DNA of 64,000 bases from a virus. The notes beneath the pieces were generated by a model that saw nothing but the letters and a program-made list of their open reading frames with translations, had not been told where the DNA came from and ran no database searches. Location: positions 34,469 through 98,468 of the IMG/VR virus record IMGVR_UViG_3300033153_002115. One strand, written 5' to 3'. A program made the translations under genes and the position numbers. Below, in pieces: positions 12,401 through 20,789 of the stretch. Position 1 is the stretch's first letter. Every line of letters begins with the position of its first letter.

Positions 12401-15400
12401 CAAAGTATTAGGGCCACGAAAACCTGTATATGCAAATACTGAGCTACAAGAAGTAGCTGGTGGTAGATATTTTTATAGAAATACTTATATCAAATCTTCT
12501 ACATTTCCTTTATTACCTCAGTTAGTTAAAAAACTACAAATAGAGAAGTTGGCTGATGCTATGGAAAAGCTAGAGGCTGATGAGAGTAAAATAGCTAAAC
12601 GTCCTATGAGTGTACGTGCCGCATATAAGACTGCGGCTAAAGTAGGTTTTCCTGAAAATGGTGCTGAGGTATTTAATTCCGATGGTACAGTTAAAGATGA
12701 TTTAGACTTACGTTCAAGTGCTAGAGAACTGCAATCAAGTGGCTTACGTATACAACAAGCAGTACCATATAAAAAGACAAAAAGAAATATAAAGAAAGGC
12801 TCACAGGAAGCAAAACTTTTATTTGCTAATATGTTAGCTAAACAATTCAAGTTTGAAGGTAAATCTATATCAGGTTTAGAATTACAAGAACTGTATACTG
12901 CTACTTATCATGAACTATACAAGTTAGGTTTTGAGCAGTTAAAAAAGGTATTACTTACAGACCCTACAGTTGAAGGGCCAAAAGCCGCGTTAGATTATAG
13001 TAAATTATCGGAACTGCTGCTTAGCGAATTAGATGCCAGAAAAGAAGAATCCAAACCGTTACGGGATGGTCTTCAGGTAAATGAAAAAATAGGTAAGTTT
13101 GATATGCCTCTATGGCAAAGTGAGTACGCTGATAAATATATGGCACTACTTAATTCTGTTATACAGAATAACGTATTACAACAGAAAGTGAGAGGAGATA
13201 GTTATGTGTTAGGTTCTGAAGAAGGGTTTATTGCCTGGGAAGAGGGAGGAAAAGAGAAAACTAAGAAAATAAAAGGTATTATCTATGCAGAAGGGTATGA
13301 TGAAACAGTAGGTTTATTACCGCAAAGAACGGATCCTAATACCGGAGAAGTACTTCCAGCTCAGATACTACTTCCTATGAAGTATGAAGATGACAAGGGT
13401 AATCTTATAGAGCCTTCTAAATTAGTAGATCCTGAAACAAACAGACTGGATCTAAGTAAACTACCTGCAGAACTTAGGGAGACATTTACATTTCGTATTC
13501 CTACACAACTACAGCAATCTATGGCTTATGCCGAAGTTGTAGGCTTTTTACCAACAGCAGTAGGTAATTTAGTTATAGCTCCTAAAGACTTTGTAGTTCA
13601 AATGGGTTCTGACTTTGATGTAGATAAACTATATGGGTACATGTTTAGCACTAAGTATGTAGATGGTAAATTAGAAAAAGTACCTTATGCTTCTTATGAA
13701 AAATATATTAAAGAGTTAATTAAATATGAGGCTTTAATAACTGAAACGAAAGATCGAAAAGAATTAAAAGAACATAAAAAACAGCTTAAAGGTTTAACTA
13801 AAGACTTTAAATCAGGATTACAAAACAGGATACTAGATATCCATAAAACAGTAATGCTTGATCCACAAACACAAAAGCAAATACTTAAACCATTAGAAGC
13901 AGATTCACGCGGTTTTAGTAAAACAGCAGAGTTTGTCGATAACGTAAATTCTAGTAGACAGGAAGGGATAGACTCTGTTATATCTCATCGTTATAATAAA
14001 AAGAAACTAAAGGAAGGTAATGCCGGTAATGATGCTATTGCTATATTCTCTTCTGATAGTATATTTAATGCTTTAGCTCAAGGGAAAGAACTAGTAGTAG
14101 GTGAGAAAGTACCAGGAGAACCTTGGAAAAACATTACTGTGGAATTCGGAAATAAGTACAGTATATCCAAAGGAGAAATAGGGTTAGATTATAGTTTAAA
14201 AAAGGGTAGTGAGAAAACTCCTGCAGATATGATATCTGCTACACAAACACTTGCTGTGGATAACGCTGTATTAGAAAGTATGGCTAAGATTAACATGACT
14301 ACAGAAACATCCGGAGTATATAGTTTACTTCATATGTTAGGGTTTGAAGATGATATTACAGCTAATTTTATGTCTCAACCTATACTATTTGACTATGTGC
14401 AGATGCTTAGAAATAGTAGAGGTATGTTTGCTAAGTTTGATCCAAACTCTGAAGATAAAATATTATCAGCTTTAATTAATAAGTACGATACTAAAAGACA
14501 ATATAAAAGTAAGGAACATGCAAAGTTAGCTGATTTTAAAAGTCAGGATGCTGAAGTACATTTACAGGATATGATCCAAAGAAGAGAAGCTTATGGGGAT
14601 AATTATGGGCTTGTACAACTTGCTATACTAGAGAAATATAGGGCATTAGAAGAAGACGCTTTAAAGTTAACTTCTCTTAAACGCTTATCTAACATAGACT
14701 CTAAAGGACTGAATAAAAATATTTATGTAACTAAAGAACAATTAACAACAGCTAATAAACTGGAAAAACACCCTGTAAAAAACGCTGACAAATTACTAGG
14801 TAAATACACAGGTACACACGGACGTCAACTAGCTGCACCTACAACATTAGCTGGATTTGATGTTATCTATGGGGTTAAATTTTCAGTGGATACTTTTGGA
14901 GAAGAGTTTATTGAAACATCAAATGACTTCGAATTCGGTAGTATAGTAAAAACAGTAGAACGGACTTTAGGCCGTGATTTATCCGATGCAGACTTATATG
15001 AATTACGTAATAACATAGTACATTATACTCATTCTATGTTAAAAGGTAAGGATACTGCACGATTACGTGACTTATTAATGCATAATATAGATGAAGGAAG
15101 TCTTTATGCTAACTTACTTAAACTGCAAAATACTAAGTTCGGTAGACTTAATCCTTTAATGAAAAGTATATCTATAGATAAGCAAGAAGGAGAACCTTTA
15201 ATAGTCAATTATGAACGTGTATCTGGTGATAAATCTAATGATACAGAAGTATACATGGGATTGGTTGATATGCTTAAACATAATGTAGCTTTAGAAAATG
15301 GAGTAATACCTTCTCAAGTAGCACAACAACTGATATATTATTCTTTATTAAAAGGAGGAAGAAAAGGAACTTCTTTTAAAAAGTTTATACCTGTGGATGT

Positions 15401-17645
15401 ATTAAAAGAGATACTAGATCCAAACGCAGCAAGTGACTTTGATAAAAGTACCTTTTTAATGCAGTATTACCAACATAATATTAATATGGTAAATGAGTAC
15501 CCTTATGGTTCTCTGGAAGCTGTAAATGGCGGCTTCGCATTGATGGAAGAAGAGGCACCCGCTGCGATAGTCACGCAAATTCCAGGAGAAGAAAAAGGAA
15601 TGTATGAGACTGTATTATTAGTAAGGAACGAAAAACTAAGTATTTACGAACCAGTAGAAATATATACAGGAGAAACATCTAGGTATAACGCGAATATACA
15701 AGTAGAAGTACCTAACCCTAATCCGGTTTATGAAGATGTAGAACAAAACTCAGGAACTTTACTTACAAGACTTGTAGATAATAAACCTAGTACTTTAGAG
15801 CATCTATATAATTTAATAGACACTGAAAACCTACCTACGTCTACAGCTATTTTGTTGGATAACCTTAAAAAAATACCTTCTAGTGGAGTTACTGTGAAGT
15901 ATGTAGACACTCCGCCAGATGCCGGAGGTTTACTAGAAGCAGATTATAATACAGCAACACGTACTCTTACTATTAATTTGTATGCGTTAAAACTAGAGAA
16001 TGCGAAAGATAGCGAAGCTGTAGTAGCTATATTACATGAACACATGCATGACCTTACATCTGGTGCTATACAAAATCATTTTGCTGCAGGTTCTGCCAGT
16101 AAAACTGTAGGGCAAGCTATAGATAATGTAGATACTTTCTTGCAAGAACAATTGACGGGAGTATTTGACAGTGATCAGGCTTTAGACTTCGAGAATTTTC
16201 TTTTAGCTCAGTATACAGCATTAGATGTTGACACTTTAAAAAGAATAAGAGAGGCCACAACTAATGAGCACATATATAATAATATAATTCCAGCAGCTAT
16301 AGCACATGTAGACGGTACAGAGGTATTAGATAAAGGGCAATTGGCAGCTATGAGTGATGCATTAGGTAATGTAACTAGAAACGGTAATTTTGATTATTAT
16401 TATGCTATGTCTAGTATATATGAATTTATGGCTGTAACTCCATCTAATTTAGAAGCTATACAAGATAAATTGGACGGTAAACGGTATAAGTCTTTAATAG
16501 TACAGTTCTTCGCCGATTTATTTAAAAGTTTAGGGGTAACAGAAGACATTAAAGGGTTATTAAATGACATCTATACTGTAGCTAATATTACGCCTACCTC
16601 ACTAGAACAAGAGACTGGTAATGAACGTTCTATATTACATGGAACAAATACATATGATTACAGTATAGATGAAGATGCTTTTAAATGTTGTGAAGGAAAG
16701 CTGACTACTTTGGAGAAAGAGCCATTATTATATAAAGAACTGACTCGTAATATGTACGAAAAGTACAGAAGTAAACCAGAAACAAGAGAGTGGTTTGACA
16801 TTAGCTTGGAAGATATAATGGCGAATATAGAAACTAGAGATAGTTTACCTGTACCTATGAGAGTTTATCCTGAACAAGGTGTATATGGTCTTGCTTTAAT
16901 AGAAAACGAGCTAGCTACTAATGGTAAATTACAACAACGTCATATAGATAGGTATATCGATGCGATAAACTTTTTAAAAGAGAGTATAGGTATAGACCAA
17001 AGCACTTCACAAAAAAAGGTGTCTAAAGAAGGTATAGGGGAAAAGGGAGATGAAAAAGTACAACCTAAAGTATCTTATTCGGATAATAGTAAGTTAAACA
17101 CGTATATGGCAAATATGTCTCAATACGCTACTAGCTCTAGAGGAACTAATAACTTATCAGTTAAATTAAAAGAAACTAAGGATTTAGGTAAACTTACAGA
17201 CCAGGCTACATTCAATAAACTAAAAGAAGCAGGTAAGACTTTAATTGAAAAATGTGGTGGAGTAATTCGTTCAGGAAAGAAATGGCAAATCGTAAATGGT
17301 AAGTCCACGTACAACGCTAAGAACGGATTATCTATAGCTAAAACACCTACTAGTACTAAACCCGGTAAATGGGCTGCTGTACAAGCTAAAAATGGTTATT
17401 CTCATGAATATGGTTCTGTAACCAGAGCGACCAGAAAATTAAGTAATAATAAGTGGTCTAAAGTGGTTAAATTAAAGGGGCCAAGTCATGCTCAAGGTGG
17501 GATAGATCTTACCATCAATAATGGTAAAGTATCATATTCTAAAGGAGGTACAATATTAAAGGCTGCACATGGTATGTTTATAGCTGCGGATGGACTTACT
17601 ATTCCACCTGATGAAAAACCTGCTAGATACTACAGGTTATCGTAA
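9474..17645 (+). CDS. Virion-packaged DNA-dependent RNA polymerase (two-barrel, single chain) with C-terminal zincin-like domain
   Basis: Catalytic GSDFDVDKLY (DxDxD, nt 13611-13628) preceded by FRIPTQ; KRLAS, TDAQEY and RIQQ motifs as in crAss-like RNAPs; HEHMH (HExxH) at 16035-16049. Confidence 0.9.
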   Translation: MAACNTEEQLFLTQELYNKIVETHSDLQIEGLTFAEQREIVSFISNKMYKEAQVPDQKYTLADVKVYILKTISDIVDKNSSSIAGLTATTESAEEFKDTVNAYKKVNNTLGKVTDTKNLEKLIGISRVYLSNIQGITVVDEGVPFIETAEIDISKVYSNYGEVDAERTTFNDNFSLQLDSKEKIGGKLRSFLTFVKRKRFRRSGKAIDVTTFFGTEEYVPYQEVYNELHRLLEGVYPTETKLIARLKEQYEEAKATKNNSLAWLGDMITGLEAADQTTKRMFVRDMAKHKATMEYVYFEGYTNYEGDYKTRLTIANDNSSTAGNRLLRSWQTAHMKSSVVDGGGFYDIQKIVPHINKLDALKNKSTFRPTEAKIAISNALEDVGILIPETFLDAIIEGKITLYGGNREIYDTGYDITGAIVRDLKTISGEQVQVGDDIKTKADNKWISSSFLKSLATNAAKFNKNEFGNVFRVADKLVYTYTANHHLYNKVRDLKENKNLLDSLGNTSFSEYSLYRDLLIKEESPFKDWFDMTYVSLATILKKTQNGYRRSDGYTTLPDVDLEITKIAHAFRNSHKFTETFGQDGTGNSIDIKVSKGTNILPTISDKTRVVTLNGYTFHITNYDSSIQEKNDAPDTAIEDKENPFFISAAGINLYYNTVVMAEISRIAESSNQEFLDKLDLKTEGKGTSYKGDLFYLTPYLNTMAFNAAGAVVSPDTEGAKLLIDMIVDGDNIALYQEHIKAAVRKDLETKAQDRYDEWASYGLIKGDHLKHMNDVSSYESGLDGGDGSPIFAMEAAMSITFSEEMNNANAFQLILGDPAQYFKKDVKGTYGNITKRLASVVAPGDEADYSDEPTYLQVFMNDMVTPSKAIDSIMQTLDGVKYNTYLSWVDKVNTWEKENPAVEEYPEDIENLLDKINNLKSLAYTEIESTDAQEYLTWKTHLKEMLRYGELTDEEHKEIYDIIDSGEELKGDKLDKVLGPRKPVYANTELQEVAGGRYFYRNTYIKSSTFPLLPQLVKKLQIEKLADAMEKLEADESKIAKRPMSVRAAYKTAAKVGFPENGAEVFNSDGTVKDDLDLRSSARELQSSGLRIQQAVPYKKTKRNIKKGSQEAKLLFANMLAKQFKFEGKSISGLELQELYTATYHELYKLGFEQLKKVLLTDPTVEGPKAALDYSKLSELLLSELDARKEESKPLRDGLQVNEKIGKFDMPLWQSEYADKYMALLNSVIQNNVLQQKVRGDSYVLGSEEGFIAWEEGGKEKTKKIKGIIYAEGYDETVGLLPQRTDPNTGEVLPAQILLPMKYEDDKGNLIEPSKLVDPETNRLDLSKLPAELRETFTFRIPTQLQQSMAYAEVVGFLPTAVGNLVIAPKDFVVQMGSDFDVDKLYGYMFSTKYVDGKLEKVPYASYEKYIKELIKYEALITETKDRKELKEHKKQLKGLTKDFKSGLQNRILDIHKTVMLDPQTQKQILKPLEADSRGFSKTAEFVDNVNSSRQEGIDSVISHRYNKKKLKEGNAGNDAIAIFSSDSIFNALAQGKELVVGEKVPGEPWKNITVEFGNKYSISKGEIGLDYSLKKGSEKTPADMISATQTLAVDNAVLESMAKINMTTETSGVYSLLHMLGFEDDITANFMSQPILFDYVQMLRNSRGMFAKFDPNSEDKILSALINKYDTKRQYKSKEHAKLADFKSQDAEVHLQDMIQRREAYGDNYGLVQLAILEKYRALEEDALKLTSLKRLSNIDSKGLNKNIYVTKEQLTTANKLEKHPVKNADKLLGKYTGTHGRQLAAPTTLAGFDVIYGVKFSVDTFGEEFIETSNDFEFGSIVKTVERTLGRDLSDADLYELRNNIVHYTHSMLKGKDTARLRDLLMHNIDEGSLYANLLKLQNTKFGRLNPLMKSISIDKQEGEPLIVNYERVSGDKSNDTEVYMGLVDMLKHNVALENGVIPSQVAQQLIYYSLLKGGRKGTSFKKFIPVDVLKEILDPNAASDFDKSTFLMQYYQHNINMVNEYPYGSLEAVNGGFALMEEEAPAAIVTQIPGEEKGMYETVLLVRNEKLSIYEPVEIYTGETSRYNANIQVEVPNPNPVYEDVEQNSGTLLTRLVDNKPSTLEHLYNLIDTENLPTSTAILLDNLKKIPSSGVTVKYVDTPPDAGGLLEADYNTATRTLTINLYALKLENAKDSEAVVAILHEHMHDLTSGAIQNHFAAGSASKTVGQAIDNVDTFLQEQLTGVFDSDQALDFENFLLAQYTALDVDTLKRIREATTNEHIYNNIIPAAIAHVDGTEVLDKGQLAAMSDALGNVTRNGNFDYYYAMSSIYEFMAVTPSNLEAIQDKLDGKRYKSLIVQFFADLFKSLGVTEDIKGLLNDIYTVANITPTSLEQETGNERSILHGTNTYDYSIDEDAFKCCEGKLTTLEKEPLLYKELTRNMYEKYRSKPETREWFDISLEDIMANIETRDSLPVPMRVYPEQGVYGLALIENELATNGKLQQRHIDRYIDAINFLKESIGIDQSTSQKKVSKEGIGEKGDEKVQPKVSYSDNSKLNTYMANMSQYATSSRGTNNLSVKLKETKDLGKLTDQATFNKLKEAGKTLIEKCGGVIRSGKKWQIVNGKSTYNAKNGLSIAKTPTSTKPGKWAAVQAKNGYSHEYGSVTRATRKLSNNKWSKVVKLKGPSHAQGGIDLTINNGKVSYSKGGTILKAAHGMFIAADGLTIPPDEKPARYYRLS

Positions 17646-18030
17646 TAGATCTGCGGAATTATTAGCTAAAAATAAAGACTTGAATTTTATACGTAGAATA
17701 AACGAAGGTAATGATTTAACCCTTGATTTTGTTGATAATGAAGGTAAACCGGCTAGTGGTACTCATTATATGGCTAACGATAAGTATGACGGGAAACAGT
17801 ACGTATACCCAACGATAGTGCAAAAACCGGGTAAAAAGGAATTAGAGCACCTAAAAGAAAAAGCTTTTGATTATGCTATCGAGACAGGAGAATATATAGA
17901 TGCTGGAGAAGACCCAGACTTTGCGCTATATTTTGCTAGTGCTGGGTATAAACAAAATTTTCCTGAAGATGTGTATAACGAAGCAGTACAAAACTATATA
18001 GATAACACAAACATCAAAAAGAAAGAATAA
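17590..18030 (+). CDS. Hypothetical virion-associated protein; possibly a +1 frameshift continuation of the RNAP ORF
   Basis: 146-aa ORF overlapping the RNAP 3' end by 56 nt in the +1 frame. Confidence 0.55.
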   Translation: MDLLFHLMKNLLDTTGYRNRSAELLAKNKDLNFIRRINEGNDLTLDFVDNEGKPASGTHYMANDKYDGKQYVYPTIVQKPGKKELEHLKEKAFDYAIETGEYIDAGEDPDFALYFASAGYKQNFPEDVYNEAVQNYIDNTNIKKKE

Positions 18031-18035
18031 TTTTG

Positions 18036-18043
18036 TAACTTTG
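18036..18043 (+). promoter_or_regulatory. Bacteroidota sigma70 -7 element (TAACTTTG)
   Basis: TAnnTTTG ending 16 nt before the ATG at 18060. Confidence 0.55.
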
Positions 18044-18059
18044 TATAAAATATAATACT

Positions 18060-20153
18060 ATGAAAGTAAAAGCGGAAGGAAAAGAGTTTATACTACGTAA
18101 TGAAGTAGGTGATATGGCTATTATACCTAAAGCATTAGGTGGACGTATCCAACAATTACTTGATGTAGGAAATAACGAAGAGATAGATAATATCGTAAAT
18201 AGTTTACCTTCCTCTGAAGACTATGCTGAAGATGGTAGTTTATATATTGGTGGTAAGCCTACTGAAGAGAAACCTAAAGGATTCTTTGGTACTGTAGACG
18301 AAACTATAGCTAAATACGCTAAGAAACCAAAAAGGTTTACTGAAGAAGAGTATGCGGATAAAATAAAACAGTTAAATAAAGATGTTGAATATTATACTGG
18401 TGTAAGTGATGATTATAAAACTAGGTATGAAAAATCTGACAAGTATGATGATAAGTCTACTGAAAATTACTATAGAGGTAAAGTGTCCGATAGAAACATA
18501 CAGCTTCAGAAACTTAATAAAGACTACCCTGAATATAATAATGAGTACGCTTATGGTGGTACAATAGATCCTCCTACCAATGACCCAGTAACAGAAAAAG
18601 AAGTTATAGAACAAGGAAGGCAATTGGATCCTTATCAAACACAAGCTGCTCAAAAGTCGTTTGGTACGTCTTATGATTATGTTTCAGGTGCACTAGGGGA
18701 TGCGTCTTCTACATTAGAAGATAGAGATAGAGGGTATGGTTTTAATGCACAACGTGATAATACTTTTGCTAAAAGTTTTAATGCTTCCATTGCAAATAAG
18801 ACACCATATGTAGGTACAGGCGAAGAGACAATGTTTACTTTGAATCCTGGAAGAGATATGGTTGTAGATAAATCTAATCCTAATATAAACCCAAGTTTAA
18901 AACCTGGAGGTAGAGAATATAACGTAAGTGTAAATGCTTATAGAGAAAATCCTGGAGCATATAGTGATATAATAAATAGTACTGCTGGTTTAGATCAGTT
19001 CAATGAATACCTTGGTGTTAACCAAAAAGCTTATGGTGGGCCTATCAAAGCTGAGGCAGGTCTTAGCGTAAAGGGTGGGGGTAAAAAAAAAGTTCAGCAA
19101 CAAAATTTTGAAGCTTCTCAAAAACAACAGACGGGTTTATTTGAAAAAATGAAAAGTATGTTTAAAAGCGAACCTACTGAATTAAATGTACCTGAAGTTA
19201 GTAATGAACCTATGTCTGAAGAAGACATGATTCCATCTATAACAGAGTTTGGTAAAGAAGAAGTATCTATACCTAAATCTATTTATACTTCAAGAAAAAA
19301 GTTAGAGATTGAAGATAAAAAAGATATGGAAGTGTTTCTTGATTGGGATGAGAGAGCAGAAAGAGATGAAGAAGGAGACTATAAAAAAGATGATAAAGGG
19401 AACTATATAACTCCTTATGAGATGTCAGGAAAATATGGGATTCACCCTAAAATACAAGGGTGTATGGGTTCTGGTTGTCGTGTAAGAGATAGAGTACTTA
19501 ATGATTTACCGGGATATTATGAAGTAAGAAGTGGCTCTAAGTACGGTAATATAGAAAGTATTAGTACAGGACAAAAAGGTAAAACCAATAAAGATTTTTA
19601 TGGGCCAGATACTTGGGAAAGTCCGCAAGCTTTAAAGCATTTAGGTTTGGCTGATTATGTATTTGCAACAGGAAATAAAGTTACAGATTATGAAGACTCT
19701 AAAGCAGGTAGGTTAAAATTTAATAAAGAAGCTGGTAAATACAGAGAGGAATTTCTAAAAGATGAAGGTTGGAACAAAGTTTCTCCAGGTGATATACTTA
19801 CTCATGGTACAGCAGAAGGTGTAAAAGAAGGTTCTTATACTAATAGAGGGGATAAAACTACTATTAAATACAAAGATGGATCTACAGAAGAAATCGATGT
19901 AGATAATAGAGAAAGACATACTTCTAATGTATTAAGTTATGAAGAAAATGGAAATATGAATGTGTATAATTACGGAAATTATTATACTGTAGGTTATGCT
20001 AAAGGAGCTACACATACACCAGAAGAGTATTTTAAAGAAAAAGATGTTAATAGAGTTACAAGGATTAAAGCTACCGGAGATTGGTCTAAAAATAGGTTAG
20101 ATAGGATTGCAAAGCACAATAGAGCAATGCAACCTACCAAACCAAAAAATTAA
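18060..20153 (+). CDS. Virion protein with putative C-terminal NlpC/P60-like (Cys-His) hydrolase domain
   Basis: N-terminal AEGKEFILRNEVGDMAIIPK module; repeated AxGG/AxDG motifs; C-terminal GC...DTW...PGDIL...RH pattern. Confidence 0.55.
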   Translation: MKVKAEGKEFILRNEVGDMAIIPKALGGRIQQLLDVGNNEEIDNIVNSLPSSEDYAEDGSLYIGGKPTEEKPKGFFGTVDETIAKYAKKPKRFTEEEYADKIKQLNKDVEYYTGVSDDYKTRYEKSDKYDDKSTENYYRGKVSDRNIQLQKLNKDYPEYNNEYAYGGTIDPPTNDPVTEKEVIEQGRQLDPYQTQAAQKSFGTSYDYVSGALGDASSTLEDRDRGYGFNAQRDNTFAKSFNASIANKTPYVGTGEETMFTLNPGRDMVVDKSNPNINPSLKPGGREYNVSVNAYRENPGAYSDIINSTAGLDQFNEYLGVNQKAYGGPIKAEAGLSVKGGGKKKVQQQNFEASQKQQTGLFEKMKSMFKSEPTELNVPEVSNEPMSEEDMIPSITEFGKEEVSIPKSIYTSRKKLEIEDKKDMEVFLDWDERAERDEEGDYKKDDKGNYITPYEMSGKYGIHPKIQGCMGSGCRVRDRVLNDLPGYYEVRSGSKYGNIESISTGQKGKTNKDFYGPDTWESPQALKHLGLADYVFATGNKVTDYEDSKAGRLKFNKEAGKYREEFLKDEGWNKVSPGDILTHGTAEGVKEGSYTNRGDKTTIKYKDGSTEEIDVDNRERHTSNVLSYEENGNMNVYNYGNYYTVGYAKGATHTPEEYFKEKDVNRVTRIKATGDWSKNRLDRIAKHNRAMQPTKPKN

Positions 20154-20725
20154 TCGTATAGAGTCTCTGGAAGTTTACCGGCATAAGGGATAATAGTTAA
20201 AGGATCTATTTCACCTCTACATTCACCATAACCACCTAGTCCGTTTTTAAAACACAGGTTAAAAGTTATTTCAAAATGTAAGTGGGCTAAATGAGTCCCT
20301 TCTTTGCCTATTGTGGCGATTGGTTCCCCCTTTTCGACAAAATCCCCTTCTCTACTAAAAACTGTATCACAATGAAAATATATAGCCTTTATAATACCAG
20401 CATGATATTTATGTAATACTGAAAGATGACAAGTAGATTCTGCATAGTCTACTATTCCATGCCCTATGGAGTAGATAGTATCCCCTAAATCAGAGTCACC
20501 TCCAGGAAAACCACTTATATCCAAACCTAAGTGTTCATCTGTGTTTTGAAAACCTTGTGCTATATAATAGCCATGTCCTACAGAATCTCCACAAGGGAAT
20601 CTAAAGGTTTCATTGTATGGCAAACGGGAGCCTTTTTTCATATGAGGGAGTCTTGTTAATTGTAACTGACTAGCCGCATTTATAGTAAATAAGCTCAGCA
20701 TCGAGATAATTAATAATTGTTTCAT
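20150..20725 (-). CDS. M23 family peptidase with signal peptide
   Basis: HLGLD (HxxxD) and HLHFE (HxH) zinc motifs; VEKGEPIATIG; hydrophobic N-terminal signal. Confidence 0.88.
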   Translation of the reverse strand: MKQLLIISMLSLFTINAASQLQLTRLPHMKKGSRLPYNETFRFPCGDSVGHGYYIAQGFQNTDEHLGLDISGFPGGDSDLGDTIYSIGHGIVDYAESTCHLSVLHKYHAGIIKAIYFHCDTVFSREGDFVEKGEPIATIGKEGTHLAHLHFEITFNLCFKNGLGGYGECRGEIDPLTIIPYAGKLPETLYD

Positions 20726-20758
20726 TTACGTGAATTTTAAAAATTAGACATAATTCAG

Positions 20759-20766
20759 TACATTTG
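20759..20766 (+). promoter_or_regulatory. Bacteroidota sigma70 -7 element (TACATTTG)
   Basis: TAnnTTTG upstream of the ATG at 20790. Confidence 0.55.
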
Positions 20767-20789
20767 TACTAAACATTAATATAAATAAT

